DNA of 64,000 nucleotides from Pirellulaceae bacterium. Its GTDB lineage: Bacteria > Planctomycetota > Planctomycetia > Pirellulales > Pirellulaceae. The DNA is taken from positions 263,821 to 327,820 of the forward strand of contig CAVOND010000009.1 in the NCBI GenBank assembly GCA_963697195.1, written 5' to 3'. A program made the translations under genes and the position numbers. The notes beneath the pieces were generated by a model. That model did not search any database. It saw nothing but the letters and a program-made list of their open reading frames with translations, and was not told where the DNA came from. Shown one piece after another: positions 1-10,794 of this stretch. Numbering within the stretch: position 1 is the stretch's first letter; every line of letters begins with the position of its first letter.

Positions 1-201
1 CGATCGGCCAGCGAGCAGTCGCGATACTTCTCGAACGCGGCACGTGCAGCGGTCACGGCCGAATCGGCATCGTAGAAGACACCGTGACGGCCACCGCTGG
101 GAGCCGCTGCTGGCAGCGTTGCGACGGCCCTGGGGCATCGGCCCCACTTCGGCGAGTACTTGGGCCACAACGCTGCGAATGATGTTTTCGTCAAATTGCA
201 T
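1..201 (-). CDS. BMC-associated aldehyde dehydrogenase (PduP/EutE-like), 5' part only, runs off window
   Basis: Manual translation from ATG at 201: MQFDENIIRSVVAQVLAEV (encapsulation-peptide-like), then after an indel GRHGVFYDADSAVTAARAAF; position fits the PVM locus. Confidence 0.75.
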   Translation of the reverse strand, partial: MQFDENIIRSVVAQVLAEVGPMPQGRRNAASSGSQRWPSRCLLRCRFGRDRCTCRVREVSRLLAGRS

Positions 202-271
202 GATTCAGTTTTCCGTAGGCGATCTGCCGCTGTTGCGTTCGTGGGCATGGACCGTGGAGATTCAGGATTCG

Positions 272-577
272 TTACGTGAGTAGACGTCGTTGCTTTCCGA
301 TATGCACCGTGTCGACGATGCCGATGATGACCGCGTCGATCGGCAATTCTTTGGTCTCTGGAGTCAACCGAGCACTGCTGCCCTGAGTGATCAGCACGAA
401 ATCGCCCTCGCCGGCACCGAGTGTGTCCACCGCAATGAACGTACGACCGGTGGTGACGAGCGACTTGCGTTGCTTTTCCTCCAGCCGATAGGGTTCGACG
501 ACCAGCAGCTTGTGACCGGTCATCGACGCAACTTTCTGCGTGCTGACGACCGAACCTGTGACTCGAGCTACGAACAT
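272..577 (-). CDS. BMC vertex (pentamer) protein, EutN/CcmL family
   Basis: MFVARVTGSVVSTQK...AVDTLGAGEGDFVLITQGSSAR...IDAVIIGIVD. Confidence 0.92.
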   Translation of the reverse strand: MFVARVTGSVVSTQKVASMTGHKLLVVEPYRLEEKQRKSLVTTGRTFIAVDTLGAGEGDFVLITQGSSARLTPETKELPIDAVIIGIVDTVHIGKQRRLLT

Positions 578-600
578 GGACGGAAATGCCTTTTTGCCAG

Positions 601-1790
601 TTACCGCTTCAATAAATCGACGCACTGCCGCGCGACGATGATTTCTTCGTTGGTGGGAATCACCCACAACGCCGTGCGACTGTCCGACGCATGGAACGTC
701 GATTCGCCTTTGACCGCATCGTTTGCGACCGGGATCGATGACGATTCCGAGTTATTCCAGACCTTCACAAACGGCGGCGCGGATCCGGTTTCCCTTTTCG
801 CCGATGCCGCCGGTAAAGACGATCGCGTCGGCACCGCCAAGCGCGACCAGCATCCCGCCCAGGTGTCGACGGATCTCTTGCACAAACACGTCCAGAGCGA
901 GCCGTGATCCTGCGTCTCCCGCGTCAGCCGCTTGTTCCAAGTCGCGAATGTCGCCGCTGGATCCGCTCAAGCCGAGCAGACCGCCCTGGCTGGCCAGGCG
1001 CGACAGCACTTCGTCGAGGCGTCATCCCGGTTCGCTCGATGATCAACGGCAGGGCAAACGGATCAAAGTCGCCGACACGATTGTTCTGCGGCAATCCTGT
1101 CTGTGGAGTCATGCCCATCGTGGTCATCACACTCTTGCCGGAGTCGATCGCCGTCAGGCTGCTGCTGCCGCCAAGGTGACACGAGATGACTCGAGCATCG
1201 TCGCGGCCAAGCAGCTCCGCCGATCGGGTTGCGATGTAGCGATGGCTCGCGCCGTGGAACCCATACTTGCGGATGTGAAACGTGTCGGCCCAATCGCGTG
1301 GAATCGCATACTCACGACGACTGGCGGGAATCGTTCGATGAAAATCGGTTTCGAACGCGGCCACCAGCGGCATGCCGGGCAGTCGCTCACGCAGCGATTT
1401 CATCGCGGCGATGTAGGGCGGGTTGTGCGCGGGGGCGGCGGCGTTCATTTCCGCCATCGCAGCGAGCACGTCGTCGTTGACCTCGAAGATTCCGGAGAGA
1501 CGACCACCGTGGACCGCTTTGAAGCCGATCGCCGAGACCTGCGAGGCATCCTGCAAGCACGCCATGCTGGGGATCGGTCAGTTGCTCCATGCAGGCAGCT
1601 ACCGCGACACCGTGATCCGGGCACAGCTCATCGTGCGCTCGTCGCTCCAGTCGCCGATTTCGACCACGCACTTGCTCTCGCTTGCCCCGATGCGTTCCAC
1701 CGCACCGCGCACCAGGCATCGTTCATCGGTCATGTCAAACAACCGATACTTGAAGCTGGTCGATCCTAGATTGGCAACAAGGACGAGCAC
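601..1790 (-). CDS. ackA: Acetate/propionate kinase (split by indels)
   Basis: [55 protein letters not shown] motifs spread over four consecutive ORF fragments. Confidence 0.9.
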
Positions 1791-1906
1791 GGGGGAGTCG
1801 CGATAGGAGGTCGTCGGGTCAAGAGACGAAAGGACAGGATTTGCCGAGCCGGCTGGCTGGGCGAACTGTGGAATCAGGTCAGCGCCTGAAGGGGAACAGT
1901 TCGCCT

Positions 1907-2176
1907 CTAGCCCAAAAAAGCCTTGGACAAACCTTCGGCAGGTCGCGGGATGATGTGGCTGCTGACCAATTCGCCGACCTGCGATGCGGCTGCGGCGCCC
2001 GCTTCGACGGCGGCCCGTACACTGCCAACATCACCGCTGACGACGGTGGTCACGTAGGCGCCACCGATGTCAATACGCTTTACGATTTCGACGTTGGCTG
2101 CCTTGGCCATCGCGTCGGTCGCTTCGATCAGAGCAAGCAGACCTTTGGTTTCGATCAAACCGATTGCATCATTCAT
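1907..2176 (-). CDS. BMC hexamer shell protein (BMC-H)
   Basis: AIGLIETKGLLALIEATDAMAKAANVE...GDVGSVRAAVEAG...HIIPRP. Confidence 0.95.
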   Translation of the reverse strand: MNDAIGLIETKGLLALIEATDAMAKAANVEIVKRIDIGGAYVTTVVSGDVGSVRAAVEAGAAAASQVGELVSSHIIPRPAEGLSKAFLG

Positions 2177-2242
2177 GGGAGGAATCTTCTATCTGAGAGT
2201 GGATTGGTTTTGGGTGGAGGACAAAGCTGCCGTTGAATCGGC

Positions 2243-2539
2243 TTACTTCTTGACCGGTGGCGGGGTCTTGAGAATCTTGGCAAGGTCGTCGTGGGGTCGT
2301 GGGATGACTTGGACGCTGACCACTTCGCCAATGCGACCGGCTGCGGCCGCTCCGGCATCGGTGGCCGCCTTGACCGCCGCCACGTCGCCGGTGACGAAGG
2401 CGCTGACCAGACCGCTGCCGACTTTGTCCCAGCCTAAGAACTCAACGTTCGCCGCTTTCATCATTGCGTCGGACGCTTCGACCAGGGCGACGAACCCTTT
2501 GGTCTCAATCATCCCGAGCGCTTCGCTAATCTTTGCCAT
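2243..2539 (-). CDS. BMC hexamer shell protein (BMC-H)
   Basis: [27 protein letters not shown]...[13 protein letters not shown]...VIPRPH. Confidence 0.95.
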   Translation of the reverse strand: MAKISEALGMIETKGFVALVEASDAMMKAANVEFLGWDKVGSGLVSAFVTGDVAAVKAATDAGAAAAGRIGEVVSVQVIPRPHDDLAKILKTPPPVKK

Positions 2540-2614
2540 TTGAAAATCTGCCTTGGGAAAGGAAGGGATTGACCGGACCTCGAAGGCACGGCCGTGGGGA
2601 AAGGAGTGTGGGAA

Positions 2615-3350
2615 CTACTTGCGACAGGCGCAACTCGATTTCTGCAAGATCACTTCGGTGGCCGCATCCAGGTTGCAAGCGTTGCCTTCGTCGGTGTCGA
2701 TGTGCACCTCGAGCTTCGCCGCCTTGTCGGCTCGCACAAGCACATCGTCAAACGTCATGCTGCAGCCAGGGCTGACGATCTTCAGCTGCATCATGTCGCC
2801 GTTGGATACCGAGTAATGCTCAGCGTCCGCGAAATTCATGTGAACGTGTCGCGCGGCACGGATCACGCCGCGCGTCAGTTGGACGGTTCCGGCAGGGCCG
2901 ACCAAGACGCAGCCCGGTGTGTCTTCGATCTGACCGCTGTGACGGACCGGGGCGTCGATGCCGAGCGAGATCGAATCGGTCAACGCCAACTCGACCTGGC
3001 TCGTCGGCTCGAGTCGGACCCAAGACCCGCACGCTCGGCAGCATGCGGCGTCGCGGCCCCACCACCATCACCGTTTGTTTGGCGGCGTAGAAGCCGTCTT
3101 GGTAGAGATCCTTGTCCGGCTCCAGCACCGCGCCTGGCCCGAACAGGATTTCCACGTGTTCGTCGGTCAAGTGGCAGTGACGCGCGGAAATGCTGACGCG
3201 CAGATTCGGTTTGCCGTCGACCCAGCCGGGTGGCGAAGCGGTCGCAGGGGCGGCCCCGGCACGCGGTGTGCCCGCCGAACCGGCGAGCGAGGCACGCACG
3301 GCGGAGCGAACCAGTTGTTCAAGGTGACTTCGGTCGATCGTCGCATTCAT
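2615..3350 (-). CDS. pduL: Phosphate acyltransferase PduL (one indel)
   Basis: [41 protein letters not shown]; N-terminal amphipathic helix [18 protein letters not shown]. Confidence 0.9.
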
Positions 3351-3352
3351 CG

Positions 3353-4174
3353 TTACGAACTCGCACTTTCCTCGTTGCTGTGGATCGATACGCCTGGTGA
3401 TGGCGGCGCGCATCGCGACGTTGTTGCCAACAGTAATTCGACTCCCGCTAGATCGAGATGCTCTTTCCAACGTGATTCCAGGTTCGAATCGGTGACGACG
3501 GTGTGTACTTCGTGCAATCCGCACAACCGACTGAGACTGACTTTTCCAAACTTGCTGCTGTCGGCCACCACGATCGCCTGGTCGGCCGAGTCCAGCATCG
3601 CTTTTTCGCTTTCGACCAGCATCATGTTGCTGTTGAAGTAGCCCCGGTCGGTGATGCCGGCGACCGACAAGAAAGCCTTGCCAACGTTGATGCTGTGCAA
3701 CATGGCGTCCGCCATCGGACCAATCGCCACGGCGGTGCGACCGCGGACACAGCCACCAATCATGACCAAGTCAATCGATTCACTGGTCGACAGCAGGTGG
3801 GCCACCGGCAGGCTGTTGGTCACGACTTGAAGCGGGCGCCCGACCAGATGCCGCGCCAATTCGTAGGTGGTGCTTCCCCCATCGAGCAGGATCGTGTCGT
3901 GGTCTTCGATCAAGTCGGCGGCGGCCAGCCCGATCGCCGCTTTGGCGGCCCAGTGATCGTCGCGCCGAGTCTGAAAGACCTGCAGCGTGTCGGGTTCGCC
4001 GGTCCAGAACGCGCCGCCATGCGTCCGGCGAACCAGCCCATCACGCTCGAGCTGTTCCAGATCGCGGCGGATCGTCGATTCGCTGACTTCCAGCGATTCG
4101 GCCAATTCGCCGAGCGCCGCGAAACCACGAGACTGAACCAGGTCGCGAAGTCGCTCCCGCCTTGTTTCGCTCAT
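3353..4174 (-). CDS. DeoR/GlpR-family transcriptional regulator of the BMC locus
   Basis: VSESTIRRDLEQLE...RTHGGA HTH; ILLDGGSTT; VVTNSL; ADSSKFG. Confidence 0.93.
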   Translation of the reverse strand: MSETRRERLRDLVQSRGFAALGELAESLEVSESTIRRDLEQLERDGLVRRTHGGAFWTGEPDTLQVFQTRRDDHWAAKAAIGLAAADLIEDHDTILLDGGSTTYELARHLVGRPLQVVTNSLPVAHLLSTSESIDLVMIGGCVRGRTAVAIGPMADAMLHSINVGKAFLSVAGITDRGYFNSNMMLVESEKAMLDSADQAIVVADSSKFGKVSLSRLCGLHEVHTVVTDSNLESRWKEHLDLAGVELLLATTSRCAPPSPGVSIHSNEESASS

Positions 4175-4304
4175 CCGAACTAGACCGCCTAAATTCACCA
4201 GAATGAATCAATCTCCAGTTGATAGTTTTCTGTCAGGCGTGAAAGAAATCAATCACCTATTTGGAAAATTGAGAGAAATTCATCAGGAAGCGGCAGTTTC
4301 TTCT

Positions 4305-4441
4305 CAGGTGGGCAGGTGGGCAGGTTGGGCAGGTGGGCAGTTGGGCAGTTGGGCAGTTGGGCAGTTGCGGCAGGAGGGCAGATGGGCAGTAGGCAGTTGG
4401 GCAGTCGGGCAGGGACGGGTAAAGGTGGGCGCAGGGACGGG
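4305..4441 (+). repeat. G-rich ~8-bp tandem repeat (GGGCAGTT/GGGCAGGT)
   Basis: Directly visible imperfect tandem array in an intergenic region. Confidence 0.9.
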
Positions 4442-4518
4442 AGAGGCGCGGAGACGTAGGGAGGAGAATCTCCATTGGACTAATTCCCAGTGGCGGTTGC
4501 CCAATGCCATCTGCTTTC

Positions 4519-4593
4519 TAGCGGTACGGCGCGAGCCGTCCGGTCTCGAGGACAAGATCACACCGAAGAACCGGACGGCTCGCGCCTCTGCTA
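4519..4593. repeat. Palindromic intergenic repeat, family D (GGCGCGAGCCGTCCGG...CCGGACGGCTCGCGCC)
   Basis: Inverted repeat; a related copy lies at ~19116-19185. Confidence 0.75.
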
Positions 4594-4806
4594 ACAAAAG
4601 TCACCCAATGGTCGCAAAGTCGATGGCATTGGGAGGTTGCCTCTCAGGGTCTCCCATCTCTGCGTTCGGCTTCTTCTTCTGGTTCTTGCTTCCGGCGTCG
4701 CTGCTGGGAAAAAATACGTCGCGGACGACGGCTGCCGAATCGACCGATGGCCGCTCACGCGGTAGGCTGATCGCCAATATTCAAGGACCCACTATTGAGC
4801 AGCGAC

Positions 4807-5595
4807 ATGACAGATTTGAAGGGAAAGCGGGCGATCGTTTCGGGATCGTCGATGGGAATCGGGCGGGGAATCGCCATCGAATTGGCCAAGGCCGGGGCGG
4901 AGGTCGTCATCAATTATCGCAGCCATGCGGGGGAGGCGGAATCGGCAGTGGCCGAGTGCGAGCAGGCTGGCGGTAAGGCTCACATGATTCAGGCTGACTT
5001 TGCCAGCGAGTCGGAGATCAACGCATTGGTTGCCCAGTCGATTGAGTTGATGGGAGGCGTCGACATTGCCGTCAGCAACGCCGTTTACAGCGATCGCCAC
5101 CTGTTTCTTGAATCGGAGCTGAGCGAGTTTCGCAAGACGATCGATGTCAGCATGTGGGGAGCCTTTCATTTTGTGCGGGCGACGGCCAAGCAGATGGTCT
5201 CGCAGGGCAAAGGCGGGAACGTCGTGGTGATCAGCAGTCCCCATGCGCACATGGCGATCCCGGGCGCGATGGCCTACAACATGGCCAAGGCGGCCAACGA
5301 CCAAATGGCGCGAACGGCCGCCTGTGAGTTGGCCCAGCATCGCATTCGGGTCAACATCATTCACCCCGGTTGGACCGATACGCCGGGCGAGCGAAAGTTC
5401 TTTTCGGAAGAGACACTGCGAGCCGAAGGAGCGAAGCTGCCCTGGGGCCGACTCGGCAAGCCCGAAGAGATCGGGCGCGGTGTCGTCTTTTTGTGCGATC
5501 CCGGCAGCGAATACATCACCGGCAGCACCCTGACCATCGACGGCGGGATTCAGTTGCCGTGGCGAGAAATGTACCGGATCAATGAGAAGCCGTGA
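4807..5595 (+). CDS. SDR-family NAD(P)-dependent oxidoreductase
   Basis: SGSSMGIGRG Rossmann motif, YNMAK catalytic motif, VNIIHPGWTDT, ITGSTLTIDGG. Confidence 0.92.
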   Translation: MTDLKGKRAIVSGSSMGIGRGIAIELAKAGAEVVINYRSHAGEAESAVAECEQAGGKAHMIQADFASESEINALVAQSIELMGGVDIAVSNAVYSDRHLFLESELSEFRKTIDVSMWGAFHFVRATAKQMVSQGKGGNVVVISSPHAHMAIPGAMAYNMAKAANDQMARTAACELAQHRIRVNIIHPGWTDTPGERKFFSEETLRAEGAKLPWGRLGKPEEIGRGVVFLCDPGSEYITGSTLTIDGGIQLPWREMYRINEKP

Positions 5596-5699
5596 GGGGC
5601 AGGTGGGTAAGAGGGGCAGTTGGGCAGTAGGGCAGTAGGGCAGTAGGGTAAGAGGGTAAGAGGGTAAGAGGGTAAGAGGGTAAGAGGGTAAGGCAGGGG
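5596..5699 (+). repeat. G-rich octamer tandem repeat (GGGCAGTA)n-(GGGTAAGA)n
   Basis: Five perfect GGGTAAGA units plus GGGCAGTA units directly after the SDR stop codon. Confidence 0.92.
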
Positions 5700-5718
5700 T
5701 CGGTTCGTTCGCTGGATT

Positions 5719-5797
5719 TGAACCTCAGGCGCTAGCCGTGGGCTCCAAGAATACCGCTTGCGTTCCACCCTGGGCCCACGGCTAGCGCTGAGGTTCA
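5719..5797. repeat. REP-like doublet, family C (TGAACCTCAGGCGCTAGCCGTGGGC...GCCCACGGCTAGCGCTGAGGTTCA)
   Basis: Inverted arms; homologous arms at 13443-13518, 17479-17559 and 23157-23212. Confidence 0.88.
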
Positions 5798-5899
5798 CGA
5801 AGAGAACCAAGGTAAATCGCATTTTGCTAACGCTCGGCGGCTGAGGGAAACCAATGCCCCGTCATTCGGCGCAGCGAGTTTCCTTGTGACACGATTGGT

Positions 5900-7237
5900 T
5901 CAGCTCAAGCCAGTCAGTGGACCGTCGCCGCAGTAGTCGGGATTGCCAAAGGTCTTCACGGGATGACCCATCGCTTCGCTGATGCTCAGCAATAGGCGAT
6001 TGTGAGGCACGTGATCGTACTTCAAGGCGCGACCGGTCTTGAATCCAAGTCCACCGCCCACCATCACAAACGGAATATCGTTTCGCGTGTGGGAATTGCC
6101 TTTGCCAAGTTCGTTGGTCCAGACCACCGTGGTGTGATCGAGCATGGAGCCGTCGCCGCCCGGTTCCGGAGTCTCGGCAAGACGCTTCGCAAGATAAGGC
6201 GATCTGCTCGCAGTACCAGGTGTTGATTTGAATCAACTGTTCGTAGGCCTTCTCGTTCGTAGTCCGGTTCATGCGAGATGGAGTGATGACCTTCGTCGAT
6301 CTCCAGCCATCGCATCCGCGGGTTGCCGACGCTGTTGGTGATCTGGAGAGTGGCAACACGAGTGAAATCGCTGGCGAGGCTGCTGACCAACAGTTCCGTT
6401 TGCATGCGACTGAGTTGCGGCATGTTGTCGTTGTCTTCGTCGACATTCGGCGCAAGTTTGGGAATCGCATGGCCTGCCTGCTCGGAAGCTTCCGAATGTT
6501 GGAGCTCGGATTGCAGTTCGACCTCGAGTGATCGAACCATGTCGACATGTTGTTCGAGCATCTGTCGATCTTCGGGGCTGACCAACGCTTCGATTTTCTT
6601 GAAGTCGTCTTGCAGGTCATCGAGCACACTGGCAAGCATCGCGCGATTTTGCGTTTGCCCGTACAGCTTGTTGAACATCTGATAAGGATCGCTGATGGGA
6701 GCAACCGGTTGATTGGGACCGGCGTAGGACCAACGCGTCCAGGTGTCAGCGCGATCAGGAACCATCACGCCAAACTCGAGTGAACCAAAGCGGGTCTGCG
6801 TACTCGGATCGGCTTGCAAGCTTGTTCTTGAGATGCTGGTCGATCGAAATCCCCATCGACCAACCGGCTGGCGTGTCGGATCCGCCTTGCACGTCACCAG
6901 GAAATAGCTCGACACCAGTGAGCAGACAGCCGATGCCCCGCATGTGTCCGTCGCCGTCGCCCTTGATGCGATTGTCGACGCCTTGCAGCGTCAGCAACTG
7001 GTTCTTGAACGGTTCAAGCGGAGCGAGAATGCGTTTGAGCGATTCGTGTTCTCCTTCCTTGTCCGGCCAGAAATGATCCGGGATCACGCCGTTGGGGCTG
7101 AACACGAAAACGACGCGTTGCTTTCTCGAACCTGACGCGGCCCAACCAAGGCTGGGGAGTGCCAGCAGGAAGTTAGCCGCCGCGGCACTAACACCAAGGT
7201 CGCGAATGAATTGTCGTCGAGAGGTCTTGTTCGTCAT
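5900..7237 (-). CDS. DUF1552-like protein with Tat signal (split by indels)
   Basis: [10 protein letters not shown] twin-arginine; FVFSPNGV; SIDQ; HHSISH; [18 protein letters not shown]; lies downstream of a DUF1592-like gene. Confidence 0.8.
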
Positions 7238-7281
7238 GGTGAATCCGGAATCGATTGCTTTGCGGTCATCTTAGATTTCGT

Positions 7282-7305
7282 ACGTCAGGCTGGAAAGCCT
7301 AACGT
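7282..7305. repeat. Short palindromic repeat, family F (GTCAGGCTGGAAAGCCTAACGT)
   Basis: Related units at ~29245-29288 and ~60437-60496. Confidence 0.6.
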
Positions 7306-7314
7306 CGGTTTGTG

Positions 7315-9678
7315 TTAGCCCTCCGGGGCCGGTGTACTTGGTGGTTTGGCTGCGATTTGAACGATCGAAACAATCAGTTGTTGAATGTGGAAGCCGCTGT
7401 CCTGGAACGACTTGGTCAGCCGATCGGAAACGTCAGGACCGAATGCGGCGATCGGCTGTTTGACCAAGTGCTCGAATGCCGATTCGACAAACGCTCGATG
7501 ACAGTCCTCGCTCGAGGCCAGGAAGTCACCCAGTTGTCGAGCCCCGTCGAACTCGACGGTCTCGCCGACTCGTGTGACGTAACTGCCCGAGGTGTTGATC
7601 GGCAGCTCGTTCTCCATTTCACGAAATCGGCCGGCTGCATCGAAACCCTCCAGCGCAAAGCCGAGCGAATTGATTTTCTGGTGGCAAACCTGGCAGTTGA
7701 CCTCGCCTGTCTGCAGCTCCACGCGCTGTCGAGTTGTCAGGTTAGGGTGAAGTTCGGGATTGAGTGGCGTGAAAGCGGCGTTGGGGGGACGCAGCACACG
7801 ACCGAGCGTGTGGCGGGTCAGGAACACGCCGCGATGGATCGGAGAACTGGTTCGGTGATAGGCCAAGTGGCTCAGCAGCAGGGGGTGGGTCAGAACGCCA
7901 ACGTGAACTTGCGGATCGCTGACCGATCGACGCAGCGTCGACACACGCTGGTCGTCTTCCTGTTCCGCTCCCTCTTCCTGCTCGGCTTCCTTCCAGGCCG
8001 GCCCGTAAAACTGTTCAAGCCGATCGTTGGTCATCACCCAATCAGCTTGCAGCAATTGTCGAAAGTCGCTCGCCTCGCTCCACACGACGGATTCGAGAAA
8101 CGCATCAAACGACGACTCGTAAGTCGCGAACCAACTCGGCGTCGAAACCCGGAAACATTTCTTGGTCCTTGGTCAACTCGTCAAGCTCGGCGAGGTCGAA
8201 CCAGGCATGCAGGAACGAGCGGATCTTGGCCCGGCTTCGGTAATCCGAAACCATCTTCCATGCCGCTTGTTTGATCTGTTCTTCGTTGCTGAGTTGGTCC
8301 TTTTCGATCTGTTTCAGCAACCAGGGGTCGGCCGGTAACGAGTCGAACAAGAACAGTGCTAACCGGTTGGCCACTTGCTGGCTCTCGCTGCGATCTCCAT
8401 CGAGCAGCGGGATAGAGAAAGCGTGGTGACTTCAGCGAAATCAACAGGGATCGCTTGATCGCTTCGCCATCGTCCTCGGCAAGTTCGAGTTGATCATCGA
8501 TGAAGCGTTTGCGTGTTTGCTCGTCGAGCGGACCGCGAAACGCCGTCTGAACCACTTCGCCGAGGAAGCCACGGAGTTTTGCCCGATTCTCATCAGGCTC
8601 GTCCCGGTGCTGGCGACGATAACGTGGGTACAAGCTCGCTTGCGGCAAATTCAGCAAACTCCACCGCTGCGTCGGTGGTGGACTGATCCCATTGCTGGTT
8701 GATGGCGGTTCCCCGTTCGTAGCCGTAACTGCGGTCGTCGGGCGGAAGCTTGGCTTGCAGTGCAAAGGTCGACGGCAGTTTCGCCGGAATCAGAAACCGA
8801 TTCGGGATGATCTCCTCGACGCCGCCTGGAGGGATCCAGGAGAGCGTGATCTTGGCTGGCGGCTGCTTCGTCTTTCGTTTTCGCTGAATGAACTCCAGGC
8901 TGAACGGGTAGGTGCGACCAGCCGTCAAATTCAGGGTGCGACGAAACTCTTCTTTCCCTTCCGACTGGACGTGGTTGTTGACCAGTTCGCGATCGCCGGC
9001 ACCAAACTTCAGCATGCAGGAAAGCGAGCTTCGCAGAATGATTTCGTAGCGGCCCGACTGGTCCACCTTCAGCGATCCGGACCAATTGATGTAGAACTCC
9101 TCTGCTTCGATTCCCTCACCCGGGCTTTCCTCACCAAAATCGAAGTCAATCACAGGATCGACGCGCTCGATCCGGAGCTTGTCTTTGTTCCAGCGGCTGC
9201 CGTCAAAGTAGTCGGCTTCGACGCCACGTCGGCTCTCGACCCAGGAATCGCCTTGAAAGTGTCCGTACAGGTCGGCCAGGCTCTGACGCAATTGTTCGCC
9301 CGTCAATCTCGCCAACGAAACACGCGGCGGGCGATTACGAACCCTCGCCGCTTCGCTGTAGAACGTGTGGTGGATGTACTGGGCGACCGCCTCCGCGTCG
9401 TCGCCGACGCACAGCTCAGGATCCTCTTCGGGCATCGTCTCGGTAATCAGTTCGCTGAGGCCACCGACGGTCAAATCGCCCACCAACGGGTCGGCGTAGT
9501 GGTCTTCGACTCCCCTGCCCTGATCCCCATGGCAGCTCTGGCAGGATTGGACGTAAATCTGCTCACCGCGATCCAAAATCAATTGATCGGCATCCGCGGC
9601 TAGAGCCGGGCTGCCGAAAACAACGAGGACTGCCAAGCTGCCAAGCCGGGAAGTCCAGGTAGAAGCGGATCGATTCAT
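7315..9678 (-). CDS. Cytochrome c/PA14/DUF1592-DUF1588-like planctomycete protein (split by indels)
   Basis: Signal peptide, CQSCH heme motif, PA14-like segment, AFRGPL/SPRFLY, TSSPIHRG, CQVCH...LGFALEGFDAAGRFR. Confidence 0.8.
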
Positions 9679-10115
9679 AAGGGCGGGGTAAATGGCGGGT
9701 ACCGAGACGGCCCAGTCAACATGTGTCCAGGACCGTGCGAAGGGATGCTTAACTCGAAGCAGATTCAGACTTTGGACGTCGAAATCGGCCGGTCGTTTTC
9801 GGAAGGACCGGGCTACGGGGATGGAGCCAGAATTAGCTCCAACGCAGACCAGTCCAAGTAAGGCGGGATATTGTTGTCAGGCGGGAAGCCCATTGTACCC
9901 GCAGTTGGCATCGGCGGAAAGCGATTCTCTTCCGTTGTCGCGTCGCGGGCGGCTCGCGTGAAGATGCCGGTTTTTGAACCCCGCTTTGGGCTTGCGGATC
10001 CAAGTTCTTACGCCATACTTACCCGCTTCGTCTGGGAAGCCTTGCGGCTGCCCCGGCTGATCAATTGGACAAGCAAAACAAGTCAAGAGCACTGTCTCGG
10101 TAGGGTGAATTTCTG

Positions 10116-10747
10116 ATGGCTGAAGTTCTAGATGTCGAAAATCGCACCAAGGTTGGAACTGCCGCCACGCGACGATTACGCCGGGCCGGAAAAGTGCCTG
10201 CGGTCCTCTATGGCCACGGTGAAGCCACCACCCACCTGTCGGTCCCCGAATCACAGGTCCATGTCACTGCTTCGCCACCACGGCAAGACGGTGACGTTGA
10301 CGGGCGATGTGAAGGATACGGCGTTGGTCCGCGAGGTCCAGTACGACCCCTTGGGAATCGAAGTCCTGCATTTGGACCTGATTCGCGTGAACCTGAAGGA
10401 ATTGGTCGAGGTGACCGTACCGATTCACAAGCACGGCGATCCCGTTGGTCTTCGCGAGGGTGGCGTGCTGTTGGAAAACACGCATTCGGTCGAGATTCGC
10501 TGTCCGGCTGGTCGATTCCGGAGCACGTGGGGTTGAACGTGACCGACTTGCACGTCGGCGGCAATCTGACCGCTGGCGATCTGGAGTTGCCGTCCGGAGT
10601 GGAGTTGGTCACGCCTCGCCGACACCGTGGTGGCGCACATTGAAGAGCCGAAGGAACAAGAAGAAGAAGTTGACGGAAATGGCCGGAGGCGCGGAGCCAG
10701 AGGTGATTTCCAAGGGTGGTGAGAAGTCAGAGGAGGATGAAGACTGA
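10116..10747 (+). CDS. rplY: 50S ribosomal protein L25/Ctc (split by indels)
   Basis: RRLRRAGKVPAVLYGHG; EVQYDPL...LHLDL; acidic C-terminus EPEVISKG. Confidence 0.9.
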
Positions 10748-10794
10748 GCGGCTCGCGCGACACGAGATCCACGCCGTGACCAGGCTCGAATGTC

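Noticed and set aside
4305-5699. Tandem arrays as CRISPR
   Set aside because: The units are ~8 bp and contiguous, with no unique spacers and no cas genes.
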